DNA of 64,000 nucleotides from a bacterium (GTDB lineage Bacteria; RBG-13-61-14; DATKZS01): NCBI GenBank assembly GCA_963674965.2, contig CAXXFL010000001.1, positions 1,312,001 to 1,376,000 of the forward strand, read 5' to 3'. Shown piece by piece: positions 29,385 to 39,136 of this stretch (position 1 is its first letter; each line of letters starts with the position of its first letter). The notes under the pieces were generated by a model. It saw only the letters and a program-made list of their open reading frames with translations, ran no database searches and was not told where the DNA came from. The position numbers and the translations under genes were made by a program.

Positions 29385-30386
29385 TCAGGGCGGATCGGGA
29401 ATACCCTTTTCATTGAAATATTTTAGCGTCCTGGCCAGGCCTTCCTCATCGGAGACGCGCGGCTGGTAGCCTAGGTCCTTTTGGGCCCTGGCGATGGAGT
29501 AGGAATGGCTTTTGGCCAACTCGGCGGCCGTGTACCTGGTCAGGGTCGGCTCGCCTTTGAGGTTGAAGGTCCGCCAGGCCGCCTCCATGGCCGCGCCCGC
29601 GGCAAAGGCGACGGGATAGGGTATTTGTCTTCGCGGACCGGGCAGGCCCAGGCCCTCGAGGGTCCTGCGTAAAAATCCCCATAGTTTGACGGGCTTCTCG
29701 CCGGCGATGAAATAGACGTTGCCCGGGGCGGCCGGGGCGTCGGCGGCCAGGACGAGGGCGTCGGCGCCGTTCTCGACGTAAATGGTCGAGACCTCATTTT
29801 CTCCGTCTCCTATTTGTACGATCTTGCCGGCTTTGGCGCGCTGGGCGATGCGGGGCACGAGGTTCCTGTCCCTCGGTCCCCATATCACGTGGGGCCGGAG
29901 CGCCGCGGTTTCGAGGCCCTGGCCGTTGGCCTCGAGCACCCTTTGCTCGCTCACGGCCTTGGTCTCGCAGTAATGGCTGAGGAATTTTTTCGGATAGGGA
30001 AGCGTCTCGTCGGCCATGTAGTGATCGGTCCCGTCGAAGACGGCGGAGGGCGAACTGACGTGGACCATCCTCCTAACGCCTTTTTCCCGGCAGGCGCGGA
30101 TGATATTGTCGGTGGCCTCGACGTTGATGGACCAGAAGGCTTTTCTCGTGCCCCAGGGAGACGCCAGGGCCGCCACGTGGAAGACCACCTCGATCCCGTC
30201 ACAGGCCCTGGACACGGTTTCCGTGTCGCGCAGGTCTCCGGCTATGGTCTCGCACCCGAGCCCGGCCGCTCGATCGAGAGCGGCCTCGGTCAGGTCGATG
30301 GTCCTCACCTCGTGTCCCTTCTCGAGGAGGCGGTCGATGAGATGGCCCGCCAGGAACCCGCCGCCGCCCGTTACCAATGTTTTCAT
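29385..30386 (-). CDS. NAD-dependent epimerase/dehydratase (3-beta-HSD-like extended SDR)
   Basis: TGGGGFLA, HVAA, SSPS, YCETK, LRPHVIWGPRD. Confidence 0.92.
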   Translation of the reverse strand: MKTLVTGGGGFLAGHLIDRLLEKGHEVRTIDLTEAALDRAAGLGCETIAGDLRDTETVSRACDGIEVVFHVAALASPWGTRKAFWSINVEATDNIIRACREKGVRRMVHVSSPSAVFDGTDHYMADETLPYPKKFLSHYCETKAVSEQRVLEANGQGLETAALRPHVIWGPRDRNLVPRIAQRAKAGKIVQIGDGENEVSTIYVENGADALVLAADAPAAPGNVYFIAGEKPVKLWGFLRRTLEGLGLPGPRRQIPYPVAFAAGAAMEAAWRTFNLKGEPTLTRYTAAELAKSHSYSIARAQKDLGYQPRVSDEEGLARTLKYFNEKGIPDPP

Positions 30387-30417
30387 GCCAGTCCTCGCGG
30401 GCCTCCGGCTGGTAGTA

Positions 30418-31662
30418 TTAAATCTTGGCGCCGGCGGTTGAAAGGATTTTCCATTGTCCTCCCCTTTTCACGAGGGAGGTCTTCATGCTCCACGTCTCGA
30501 TGACTTGGTCCATCTCGCTTAGCAGGTCCACGTGATAGGTCACCACCGCCTCGGTCCCGGTCGAGCTTTCCGTGGCGAAACCTCTTACGTTGAAGCCGTA
30601 CACGTTGCAAAAGGTCTTGCTCACGTTATAGAACCAGGCCTTGTCCCTGCTGGTGACCCGCATGTCGTAGGCGGCGTCAAAGTCGTTTTCCGCCAGGAAG
30701 CAGTAATACGCGTACACGGCGCCTCGAATCCCGGTGTTGTACTCGGCGCAGGAAGAGGCCCTGCCTGTGGCCCGGCAAGGAGGGGTCGCCGTCGTCTCGG
30801 GCTTCTTCTCTTCCGCCGGCTTGATCGGCTCGGCCGGCTTCTCGGTTTTTCCCGCGGCCGAGAAGGTCACGGTGGTCCTGCCGTCGGCGGGCTGAGGAGG
30901 TCCCGCCGTGTCCCCGGTGGCGGCGCTCGCCTTGGCCATCCGCATCATCTCGAGTTTTTCCTTGATGGCCGGCGGGATGGGAGGTCCCATCTTTCCGGGC
31001 GGGGGTATGGGTGACCAGCCCTCGGGCAGGACTATTTCGGGCTCGGGCGCCGGCTTCTCGGCCGAGGCGCCGGGGGCAATATCGGTAGCCGGCTCATTTT
31101 CTACTTTGCCATCCGGCTCGGGTTTCTTCTCGCCCTCGGGCGTAAACGTTCGTTCGTGCTTTTCGGCCGCCGGCGGCTCTTTAGCCGGCTCGGCAGGAAA
31201 CGGCGGAGCGGTTACCGGAGGCTCGGCGGGCGTGGAGATTTTTTCCACGGGCGTGGGCTCGGGCGCCTTGGGTTCGACGCCGGCCGGGCCGAAGGTCAGC
31301 TTGGCTTTTTCCCGGATGGGGTCGTACCCGATGGCGTTTTGGTTCTGGACCACCAGGCCGGGCTTGAGGAAATCCGCCACCAGCTCGAGGCTGGTCCCGG
31401 CTTTAATAAGCACCCGCTTCTCGATGGCCGTTCCCTCCCGGGTCACGCGGATGGTATGGACCCCGGGGGCAAGGTTCTTGATATCCGCGGGAGTCTCATT
31501 AATTTTATTTCCGTCGATATAAACGTTGGCCGCGGGAGTGGAAGGGTTCGAGGATATCTTGACCGATCCCGCGCTCTGGGCCAGGGCGGAGGCCGCAATA
31601 AAAACCAGCGCCGGCGCTACGATAAGGGCGCGGCGAAGAAAATAAGTTAGCCCGTCCATCAT
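30418..31662 (-). CDS. Secreted PEGA-domain protein with Pro-rich linker
   Basis: Signal peptide; ISSNP...ANVYIDG...TP...LAPGVHTIRV; long P/E/A/K-rich region. Confidence 0.8.
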   Translation of the reverse strand: MMDGLTYFLRRALIVAPALVFIAASALAQSAGSVKISSNPSTPAANVYIDGNKINETPADIKNLAPGVHTIRVTREGTAIEKRVLIKAGTSLELVADFLKPGLVVQNQNAIGYDPIREKAKLTFGPAGVEPKAPEPTPVEKISTPAEPPVTAPPFPAEPAKEPPAAEKHERTFTPEGEKKPEPDGKVENEPATDIAPGASAEKPAPEPEIVLPEGWSPIPPPGKMGPPIPPAIKEKLEMMRMAKASAATGDTAGPPQPADGRTTVTFSAAGKTEKPAEPIKPAEEKKPETTATPPCRATGRASSCAEYNTGIRGAVYAYYCFLAENDFDAAYDMRVTSRDKAWFYNVSKTFCNVYGFNVRGFATESSTGTEAVVTYHVDLLSEMDQVIETWSMKTSLVKRGGQWKILSTAGAKI

Positions 31663-31776
31663 AATCCTCCAAAGATTCCACGGAAACGACTAAGCCCGTA
31701 TATCAAGCCTCGCCTTCCAATAGCGCCTTCGCGCCACTCGGATTAGACCCCCGACGCGTTCCGGCGGTTCCATCCC

Positions 31777-32121
31777 TTATTTTCCCGGCCCCCCGTCCTC
31801 TTTTTGCTTCTTGCTGGAAAGGAACCGGGTCAAGGCCAGCTTGTCCTCATCGCTTACCTTGATGAATTGAAGCGCCATGCCCGCCGGTTCCCCGCTCTTG
31901 GGGTTGGGACGATGGAGCACGCGGACGACCTTGGACAGGGCCTTGAAGGTTTTTTCCTCGCCGCCCAGCTTGTACTCGAAATGGACCAGCGAGCCCACGT
32001 GGCGGGGGTTCTTGGTCGCGACGTAGGCCCCGCCCATGCTGAGGTTCCAGATATTCTTACTGGTGGCTATCCTGACGCGCTCGAAGGTCCTTTTATTTCT
32101 TCCCGTGTCTTCAGAGCTCAT
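31777..32121 (-). CDS. PilZ domain protein
   Basis: RTFER and NLSMGG motifs, GMALQF. Confidence 0.8.
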   Translation of the reverse strand: MSSEDTGRNKRTFERVRIATSKNIWNLSMGGAYVATKNPRHVGSLVHFEYKLGGEEKTFKALSKVVRVLHRPNPKSGEPAGMALQFIKVSDEDKLALTRFLSSKKQKEDGGPGK

Positions 32122-32253
32122 TTTCGTCTCCGTGTCGGCTCCGTTCGATGCATGATGTTTATTGACTCGCCTTGAACCTTCCAGCGTTCGATGAGCTTGA
32201 GGTCCTAAACAACCAACGCGCCCGCCTGATAATTATCGAGCAACGGCCGCTCT

Positions 32254-32991
32254 TCACTCCTTGAGCAGTTCCTGAATCATCTGATCTTCCATAATGTACC
32301 TTAGCTGGTCCTCCATCAGGTCTCCAACGTTGGCCCGCTCGTTATATTCCTCGGTTTCCGGCGCGCTCCTTTTTCTTCCCGCCTGGCCCTCGAGTATCTC
32401 GACCAGCATTTTAAGGTCGGCTATTTCCTGTTCCTTTTCCTGGATAAGGACCTCGAGTTCTCCGATGCGGTCCTCTTTTTCCATGATGGTCCGGTCGCGC
32501 TCGGCCAGGCCCTCGCTCGAGGCCTGGGCGAAGCGTTCCTTTTCGTAGACCACTTCCTCGTGCATCATCATGAAGGTATTGAGCGACCTCTCTACCAGGG
32601 AGATGGCGCGCTCGGCCTGGACCGCCAGCCGCTCGGGAGGACTGAGCGAGGCCACCAGCGGCGCCCGCGCCTGGACCTCGTCCAAGTCGGATTCATCATC
32701 CATCGCCCCGTCGTCTGAGTCGGCTTCCTTTTCTTCGACGGAGAGATATCCCGTTCTTTGCGCCTCTGTCTCGAACTCGTCATCGGAAAGGGGTATCTCT
32801 ATCTCCACCTCGGGAGAAGCCTCGCCGGCCCCGATCGAGTCGGGGTCTTCAACCCAAACGTACTCCTCGCCGCCCACCAATTTGGACTCCAGCTCACCGG
32901 CTTTCAAGCTTTCCTCGACGGCCGCCAGATCGGCCCCAATGGCGTCGGCGTACAATGCTTTGGCGATCCACTTGCCACACTGACCGGTCAT
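32254..32991 (-). CDS. Hypothetical acidic coiled-coil protein
   Basis: 245-aa ORF, heptad-rich C-terminal half, RBS AAGGGGGG. Confidence 0.75.
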   Translation of the reverse strand: MTGQCGKWIAKALYADAIGADLAAVEESLKAGELESKLVGGEEYVWVEDPDSIGAGEASPEVEIEIPLSDDEFETEAQRTGYLSVEEKEADSDDGAMDDESDLDEVQARAPLVASLSPPERLAVQAERAISLVERSLNTFMMMHEEVVYEKERFAQASSEGLAERDRTIMEKEDRIGELEVLIQEKEQEIADLKMLVEILEGQAGRKRSAPETEEYNERANVGDLMEDQLRYIMEDQMIQELLKE

Positions 32992-33181
32992 ATATCCATT
33001 CCCCCCTTCATCGGGATAGCCCGTCCCTCCATATGATACCTTAACCGGGCGCGCAAGGCAAAATTTATTAATAAGTTACGCGCCAAATGAAACCGGACGG
33101 CGAAATATTACTCTAAAACGGAGTGGACTGAATTTTGAAAGGAGTGAGGGCCTATTGAAAGAGTCGCCATCATCGTCTAGC

Positions 33182-34285
33182 ATGGACTGGATGAAAAAAA
33201 GCAAAAATGGCCGCCCCGACCGCTCGGAAGAGGCGGATCTCGAGGAAGATCGTATCGAGGAAGACTCCGATGAAGACACGAGCGACTCGGGAGAAGACTA
33301 CGCCGAGGCGACGATCGAGACCGACGAGGTCGGGGAAGATGCCCCCGATGACGACGAGGCCGACGAGGAAGTGGAGAAGAAGATCACCGCCCTGGCCCCC
33401 ACCTCTGCCGGGGGCATGGAGCGGCTCACCACCCTTCAGCGCTATCTGGCCGAGGTACGTAGACATCCCGTCCTGACCAGGGAGGAGGAGCACGAACTGG
33501 CCGTGATGTACCACGAGGAGGGCGAAGTCAAGGCGGCCAAAACCCTGGTAAATTCCAACCTTCGTCTCGTGGTCAAGATAGCCCTCGAATACTACCGCCA
33601 GTGGATGGACCTTTTGGACCTGATCCAGGAGGGCAACCTCGGTCTTATGCAGGCCATAAAAAAATTCGACCCCTACCGGGGCATCCGCCTCTCGACCTAC
33701 TCCAGCTTCTGGATTCGGGCCTACATCCTCAAACACCTGATGGACAACTGGAGACTGGTCAAGATCGGTACCACCCAGGCCCAGCGCAAGCTTTTCTTCA
33801 ACCTGAAAAAGGAAAGGGACCGCCTCGAGCAGATCGGTTTCAAGCCCGGACCCAAGATGCTGGCCAAAAGCCTGAACGTGAAGGAAAGCGAGGTCATCGA
33901 GATGGACCAGCGTCTTTCGGGCCGGGACGAGAGCCTTGACGTTCCGGTCACGGAGGACGGCAAGCAGACCCGGTCCATGGTCTTGTCAGACGAGGCCCCC
34001 GGCGTGGACGACGTTTTGGCCGAGGACGAGTTCACCCGAATAATAAAAAGGAAACTCGAGAGCTTTCGCAGGACCCTCGAGGAGGAGGGCAAGGACAAGG
34101 AAACCTTTATCTTCGACCAGCGGCTGCTTTCCGAATCGCCCATGACACTCCAGGAGGTGGGCGAGCGTTTCGGGGTCTCCCGCGAGAGGGTCCGCCAGAT
34201 TGAGGCCAGGCTGATCAAAAACCTGAAGGAATTCCTGAAGTCCGAGCTGCCCGACTTCGAGGACTACGAGTTCGTGTTAAAATAA
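33182..34285 (+). CDS. rpoH: RNA polymerase sigma-32 factor with acidic N-terminal extension
   Basis: NLRLVVKIA, DLIQEGNLGL, RpoH box TTQAQRKLFFNL, SRERVRQIE; start uncertain (33182 or 33191). Confidence 0.92.
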   Translation: MDWMKKSKNGRPDRSEEADLEEDRIEEDSDEDTSDSGEDYAEATIETDEVGEDAPDDDEADEEVEKKITALAPTSAGGMERLTTLQRYLAEVRRHPVLTREEEHELAVMYHEEGEVKAAKTLVNSNLRLVVKIALEYYRQWMDLLDLIQEGNLGLMQAIKKFDPYRGIRLSTYSSFWIRAYILKHLMDNWRLVKIGTTQAQRKLFFNLKKERDRLEQIGFKPGPKMLAKSLNVKESEVIEMDQRLSGRDESLDVPVTEDGKQTRSMVLSDEAPGVDDVLAEDEFTRIIKRKLESFRRTLEEEGKDKETFIFDQRLLSESPMTLQEVGERFGVSRERVRQIEARLIKNLKEFLKSELPDFEDYEFVLK

Positions 34286-34700
34286 GAATCGGGTAACCAG
34301 CGGACGGGCAGCCAATTATGCCTAGCCCATATCCGACGTGGTCGAGTATGGTGGGTGGGCCAAACGGTTTTGCAAGAAACCGTGTGGCTCTAGCGAAGCG
34401 AGACGGGTATACCGTTATTAGCTTCTCACGGTTCTTTTAAAAATCAATTTGAGCTTTTCGCATACAGGTTAAGCCGAAAGCTTCAAAATGCCTCGAAGCG
34501 CTAAGCCCGTTCTCAACGCTCGGTACGATAATTGAGGATTCCTCCTTACTCAGGTAGTTTGTTTTAAACATTTTAAGGTTTAGGGTCGAGTATTAATGCC
34601 ATCCAAGCTGACATGCTCCCCGCCGCCGTTCTCATATACTATTGTTCCACACTAAATACGAGATAAGGATGCCGTCCCTTTCCCCAGAATTGAAGGTCGG

Positions 34701-35102
34701 ATGAACGAGATTGAAAGCATGGAGCAAGACGCGGTCGACAATGGCGTCCGGCTGAAAATTACGCGTTACTGGTGGGTCGTCCTGATCAACCTGATTTTCC
34801 CGTTTTTTTTATCACGCGTCCTGGGTATCCTCTTTTTACTCGTTTGTCATTTTTCCGGGGTGGGTCGGCATGGGAAGGAGGACGCGCCACTCATGAGTTT
34901 CTGGGGCATCGGGGGCGCGGTGGTGATAACAAGCGCGTCCATGCCCTTGATAGGCGTCCTTATAAATTCGATTTTGTTAAAATTATCCGAGTCGTCCGAC
35001 CCGCTAAGTAGCTATAGCCGGGGTTTTATGGGCGCGATTATCGTTTGGATAGTCATTCCCGCGTTCTATATCGGCCGGTTTCTAATATATGCTTATTTAT
35101 AG
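34701..35102 (+). CDS. Hypothetical membrane protein
   Basis: About three hydrophobic segments in lower-GC DNA next to the att site. Confidence 0.55.
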   Translation: MNEIESMEQDAVDNGVRLKITRYWWVVLINLIFPFFLSRVLGILFLLVCHFSGVGRHGKEDAPLMSFWGIGGAVVITSASMPLIGVLINSILLKLSESSDPLSSYSRGFMGAIIVWIVIPAFYIGRFLIYAYL

Positions 35103-35146
35103 GGATACCCTCGCGCGTGCATTGACACTCTCTTTGGTTGGACGGG

Positions 35147-35343
35147 TGACCATGAATATTTACGGGAAGACTCGCCAGAGAAGGCGCTCGGAACTGGCGA
35201 ACCGGCTGGGCGACAGCCTTTTGATCGAACCCGATCCCCCCACAATCCCTCAACGGATTGCTATCGGCGATAAAAACGCAACAAATTCAGATAATTATAT
35301 GGTGGAGCCGAAGGGAGTCGAACCCTCGGCCTTGCTACCGTAA
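35147..35343 (+). pseudogene. Remnant 3' end of a second, related tyrosine integrase, reading into the att site
   Basis: TMNIYGKTRQRRRSELANRLGDSLL...TIPQRIAIG aligns without gaps to TMNVYGKTRRKRRSELTDRVGDALL...TIPERKAVG of the minus-strand integrase. Confidence 0.88.
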
Positions 35344-36554
35344 CCACTTGATATATCTATATTTACCATCCCAACGGCTTTCCGTTCCGGGATTGTTCCG
35401 GTATCCGGCCCGTTAAGCAGGGCGTCGCCGACGCGGTCGGTAAGCTCCGAGCGCCTTTTACGGCGGGTCTTTCCGTACACGTTCATGGTCAAGTTGGGCG
35501 TCGAATGCCGCGCAAGCTCTTGGGCCTCTTTGACGTTCGCTCCCTCCTCGATTATGAAGGTTATATACGCCACCCGGCAAGCGTGAAAGTCTATCTTGCC
35601 CTCGGGCGTCCACTTGGGTATTCCGGCCTTTTTCAAGTCGTAATCCATCCGCCGGGTTAAATGGGAAGGAATCCTCAATAGCGGCTCGTCCGGTCCCTTG
35701 TCCCTTACCGATTCAATGAGGGCGTCCATAACGGACCGGGGAACGGGCTGAATGCCGGGTTTCCTGTTCTTGGTTATATCGGCCCTAAGATTTATGCCGC
35801 AAAAGTCCTCGTTCAGGTCGGATACCGTGAGCGCCCTAAGCTCTCCGGCCCTAAGCCCGGTCGTGAGGGCGACGGCGTACAGGAGACGCCTGTATTCGGG
35901 AGCGGCTTTCAATAGTCTTTGAATCTCATCACGCGTCATGGCCCGCCGCGTGGTCCGGGGCGTCGCGTCGAACGAGTCCAGGTCTTTAAGCGGCTCGGTA
36001 TCGAGGTATCCGCGAGACACGGCCCAGCGGGTAAAACCTTTAAGCGCCTCGGAATAGTTCATGAGCGTTTTTCCCGTCCGGCCCTTTTCCTGAAGCTCCC
36101 GCAAAGCGGTTTCGGCTTTCGTCAGTATCCCGTCCAGGTCCGCCAGCGTTTCCAAGCCGAGCCGGTCACGCCACCACTTAAGCCGGGAGCGCTTCAATCC
36201 GGCGTGTACCTTACTCCAAGGACGCCCGCCGCGTCCGCCTTGAGACTCTCCCCATTCGCAATATTCGGCCATGACTTCCTTGACCGGGCGCGACGCGTGC
36301 TTGCTCGCGCTCGTTGGCGGGGGCCGGTATCCTTTCCTTATCTCGTCTTGTTCGGCCTGGACGCGGGCGGCCAGCTTTTCCGTCTCGCGTCTAGTGGTCC
36401 CGCCCGTCCCGTTTTTCCGCCGTCCTTGCCAGTCAACATACTCGAAACGCCAGCGGTCGTGATAAACCTTGTTCCCTTTCGAGTCCAGGACGGGGACGCG
36501 CTTTCCGGTTTCCGGGTCGGTCTTGGTTTTCTCGGTTTGATAGACGTATGGCAT
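35295..36554 (-). CDS. Tyrosine recombinase/integrase (integrated, C-terminally truncated form)
   Basis: TGLRAGEL, TKN, FHACR, ARHS, MNVY catalytic set; reads through att and stops 2 bp beyond it; ATG 36554 after GGGAG (alternative start 36611). Confidence 0.95.
   Translation of the reverse strand: MPYVYQTEKTKTDPETGKRVPVLDSKGNKVYHDRWRFEYVDWQGRRKNGTGGTTRRETEKLAARVQAEQDEIRKGYRPPPTSASKHASRPVKEVMAEYCEWGESQGGRGGRPWSKVHAGLKRSRLKWWRDRLGLETLADLDGILTKAETALRELQEKGRTGKTLMNYSEALKGFTRWAVSRGYLDTEPLKDLDSFDATPRTTRRAMTRDEIQRLLKAAPEYRRLLYAVALTTGLRAGELRALTVSDLNEDFCGINLRADITKNRKPGIQPVPRSVMDALIESVRDKGPDEPLLRIPSHLTRRMDYDLKKAGIPKWTPEGKIDFHACRVAYITFIIEEGANVKEAQELARHSTPNLTMNVYGKTRRKRRSELTDRVGDALLNGPDTGTIPERKAVGMVNIDISSGYGSKAEGSTPFGSTI
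35299..35332 (-). repeat. att site: displaced copy of the tRNA-Ala 3' end
   Basis: ATGGTGGAGCCGAAGGGAGTCGAACCCTCGGCCT identical to 41701-41734 (34 bp). Confidence 0.97.
35382..35401. repeat. Putative integrase arm-type site
   Basis: CCGTTCCGGGATTGTTCCGG identical at 41522-41541. Confidence 0.7.
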
Positions 36555-36607
36555 TTTTTCTCCCTTGGCCAGTATTGCCCTTATGATATTTTCGCGCCGC
36601 GCAAAGG

Positions 36608-36943
36608 TCAAGTACCATATCGCTTTATCCGGTCAACTTGACGGGACGCCTCTTTTTCTACGCTCTCGGCCCGGCCCTCGATCCAGTCAAGCACGCGCCC
36701 TGCAAACCACTGGGACTTGCCCGCGACCCTCACGGGCGGGGGGAGGTCGTAACGTTTGACCATTCGCCGGATCGTTTTCGGGCAAACCCCAAACGCCTTG
36801 GACATGGCCGAAATATCGAGTAACGTCCGCTCGGGCAATTCGCCCAATAAGGCAATGACGCCCGCGCCCGGATCGTGATAGCTCGCCCGGCCAGTCTCGC
36901 CCTGGCCGCTCTCGGCATGGTTGAAAAAGTCGTCAAGATTCAT
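36608..36943 (-). CDS. AlpA/excisionase-like HTH protein
   Basis: MSKAFGVCPKTIRRMVKRYDLPPPVRV...W...VLDWI, directly upstream of the integrase. Confidence 0.8.
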   Translation of the reverse strand: MNLDDFFNHAESGQGETGRASYHDPGAGVIALLGELPERTLLDISAMSKAFGVCPKTIRRMVKRYDLPPPVRVAGKSQWFAGRVLDWIEGRAESVEKEASRQVDRIKRYGT

Positions 36944-37042
36944 TCAAACCCCCTCCCCCGAAAACCCGTGCGCGATTTTGATTAGCTGGGGCGAGCATAT
37001 AGGGAGAATCGCAGTTGGCAAATTCCGAAGCCCCTCCCCGGT

Positions 37043-39136
37043 TCAACATTTTGCACCAGATATCCTATAAGTTTTTTCTATTTCATCCAGGGCGAATGTT
37101 TCCGCCTCTTCGCGTTTCATGCCGCCGTCCTCAAGTATCGCGGCCCTTTCCGCCACGTCCACCGGGTCAAGCCCACTTGCTTTAGCCCGTGATGCTAAGT
37201 TCTTCCCCCGCGTGTTTGCGTCCGGGGGGCTTTTCGGCTCGGCCTTTGCCCCCTTGGGCGCGATTATACCCAGTTCTTCAAATGCTGGGCCTTCCATGTT
37301 GAACGCGATCCGCGCCCCGGCCCCGTCGCCGTTGCGGGCCTTGTCCACTATTAACGTCCGGTTATGAGAAACCTGTTGACGGCATCCGCCCGAACGCCAA
37401 ACATCCGAGTCTTGCCGGTCGTGGGCGTCAAGTAAGATGATAGTGTGCGAAACTCTTTTTAATTCCGCCGCGCCCTGCAAATCTTCTCCCGACAACGGAA
37501 GGGCTTTGATTTTCCCGCCGCGCTTAACCGTGTGAGCGACCAGGACCACGGACGCCCCGGCTTGAGCGACCATCCCCACAAGCCGCCGCATAAAATCTTT
37601 TTCGCCGCGCCATGAATCCCGGTCGCCGAAGTCGATTTGTGTCCAGGGGTCAATGAAAATCACGCGGGCCGATTCAAGCGCCTGTCCGAGCCAGTTAAGG
37701 ACTTTCTCGAAGGGTAGCGCCGGGACGGTATACTTTCCATCCGGGGCTTTGATTGGTAGTCGGGGATTCTCCCACACATGGGGGTTAAGCTCCGCGAGTT
37801 CGTCTTGATGCTCTCTCAATATCCGCGTCCGTTCCTTCGCCGTCTCGCTCTCGGTATTTATCACGGACCAGTCCCCCGACAAGTGCGCGAGCAAACGGCG
37901 CGAGAGTTCAACTTTACGATCTTCGAGGGGAAGAAAAACCCAAGGCACGCCCGCCCGGTGGACGTGGACCGCCGCTTGAAGCGCGAACATACTTTTGCCG
38001 TGTCCGGCGGGTCCGCCTATAACCGTTACCGTCCCCGGTCGAAAGGCGTTCGTAATGCTGGATAGACGCGACCAGGGGAGAGGGATGGTCTGGCGCTCGC
38101 CTCGGGCCTCGGCCTCGAATTCCGCCGCGAGCGCCAGCCCGCCGCCCGGCTTTTGGTCGGACGGAAGCGGGATCGACGCGACGGGCGCTCTAGCCGGTCC
38201 CGGCCTGGACGGCTCGGCTTTGTCTCCCGGGGGTTTCTTGGCGTACCGTCTCGCGTTCGCGAGAATCCGGGAAAGCTCGCCCGGCTTGTACGAGCTATCG
38301 CCTTCAATCGGCGGAGAGTTCGCGGCCCGGTCCCAGTCCGTTAAAATTGCCAGGGCGTCGCCGTCCGCAAGGCCGTAGTCGTTTACCAGGACCGCCGCCA
38401 CCTTGAAAGCTCGGCCCGTCCGGCCCCCTTTGCCGCTCCCCTCGATTTTTTCGACATACCGGCGGGCGCGCTCGATCAATTGCACTCGCTCGGGCGATTG
38501 TGGCGTGCCGTCAAGCCGATTGGGGGAAGGGTCCGAAGGTATATCCCGCTTTTCTTCCGGGCGTGGTACAAGCCGTCTCAGTTCATCGAAGTGGTAGCGC
38601 CGGTCGGGATCGGCGAAAAGCAGTTCACACGCCGCCGCCGGTTTCTTATGGTTCATGAATCCGGGAAGGCGAAGGATTCGGGACGGGTTCTTGACCGATG
38701 GGTCCGACCCGAGCAAGTCGGCCAGGTCGCCGACCAGCGCGGAGAGTTTTCCCGGCTCGGTCCTTTCGGCCAGTCGCCAAAACAGATGCGCCCCGTGTCC
38801 GCTACCGACGGCCATGGTGGGCCTCGGCAAACCCGCCTCGGTCGCGTGCATCCAGGCCGCTCGCGGTTAGATATGGTCGAAGTCCGCCCAAAGAACAAAC
38901 CCGCCCCCGCAATCCGCGTCCGAGCCGCCGTCGGTTTTCAGTCGGGGCAAGACTCCCGCGAAAAGGTTCGCGCCCGCCGCGTTTTCCTGGCCCATGCGTT
39001 CGGCCTGGTCGGCCAAGTCGCCGGATTTTATCCAGGCGCGCCGTCCTTTGTCCGGGGGAAGAGGTCGAATCTCGATCAAGTACTCGGGTGCCCAAACGCA
39101 CGCGGCGTATTGCTCAAGTTGTTCGCGAGTCTCCAT
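37043..39136 (-). pseudogene. RepB-like primase / DnaB-like helicase fusion interrupted by one in-frame TAA (38867-38869)
   Basis: METREQ...WADFDHI*PRAAWMH...SGHGAHLFW...RILRLPG in one frame; helicase GPAGHGKS, VIFID, LVAH, KARNG. Confidence 0.85.

Noticed and set aside
29385-30386. OleD olefin biosynthesis or sterol pathway
   Set aside because: No oleABC or sterol genes adjacent; only a family-level call is supported
38867-38869. Selenocysteine or pyrrolysine recoding of the primase stop
   Set aside because: The stop is TAA, not TGA or TAG
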